Source: a virus
Lineage: Duplodnaviria > Caudoviricetes
IMG/VR virus record: IMGVR_UViG_3300020351_000002
Span: 1 to 52,558 of that record
Strand: one strand, 5' to 3'
DNA: 52,558 bases
Part shown: in pieces, positions 52,366 to 52,558 of the stretch
How the letters are laid out: every line of letters begins with the position of its first letter
Position numbering within the stretch: the stretch's first letter is position 1
Notes under the pieces: generated by a model
What the model was told of the DNA's origin: nothing
Databases searched by the model: none
What the model saw: the letters and a program-made list of their open reading frames with translations, nothing else
Position numbers and translations under genes: made by a program

Positions 52366-52558
52366 AGATAACCTCCATGCCTTGGCAGCATAACACATGA
52401 CATAATCAATGCTAGCCAAACCCGCTAGCGCGCTGTCTTATGTGAAGGGCGTACATGGCCTGTATGTTGAGAGACATGCGTAGTTGATATAAATATATAT
52501 AGCTCCTCGAAGGGGGGGTGGGGGGTGGGTTAGGCGTTCGCACACCCCCATTTCAACG

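Overview
The window looks like a complete or near-complete ~52.6 kb tailed dsDNA phage genome of podovirus-like architecture. All family calls come from motif recognition; no database search was run. (1) 1-13.2 kb, + strand: an early region of small hypothetical genes, a GP88-like protein, DUF932 and a PD-(D/E)XK nuclease/AAA_24 (Sak4-like)/SSB recombination module. (2) 13.2-40.1 kb, - strand: lysis, tail, large ejection/internal virion proteins, capsid and scaffold. (3) The portal is on the + strand and TerL on the - strand. (4) The right end holds RuvC, DnaB, an N6-adenine MTase and an origin-like repeat tract. No integrase, DNA polymerase or RNA polymerase was recognised. The most striking unexplained structure is a 22-bp palindrome (consensus TYTCAAYYTTTAAARRTTGAAA). 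It occurs in 11 intact copies within 43-9446, mostly placed between one gene's stop codon and the next gene's RBS. One further copy appears split by a ~370-bp insert that carries a seemingly truncated gene, and several ORFs end in or run through the motif. Together this suggests a repeat-delimited gene-cassette capture/shuffling array, with an operator network as the alternative. The second signal is several long, highly structured non-coding regions (7642-7914, 7985-8263 with a pseudoknot, 11608-11846) that look like unclassified phage ncRNAs.
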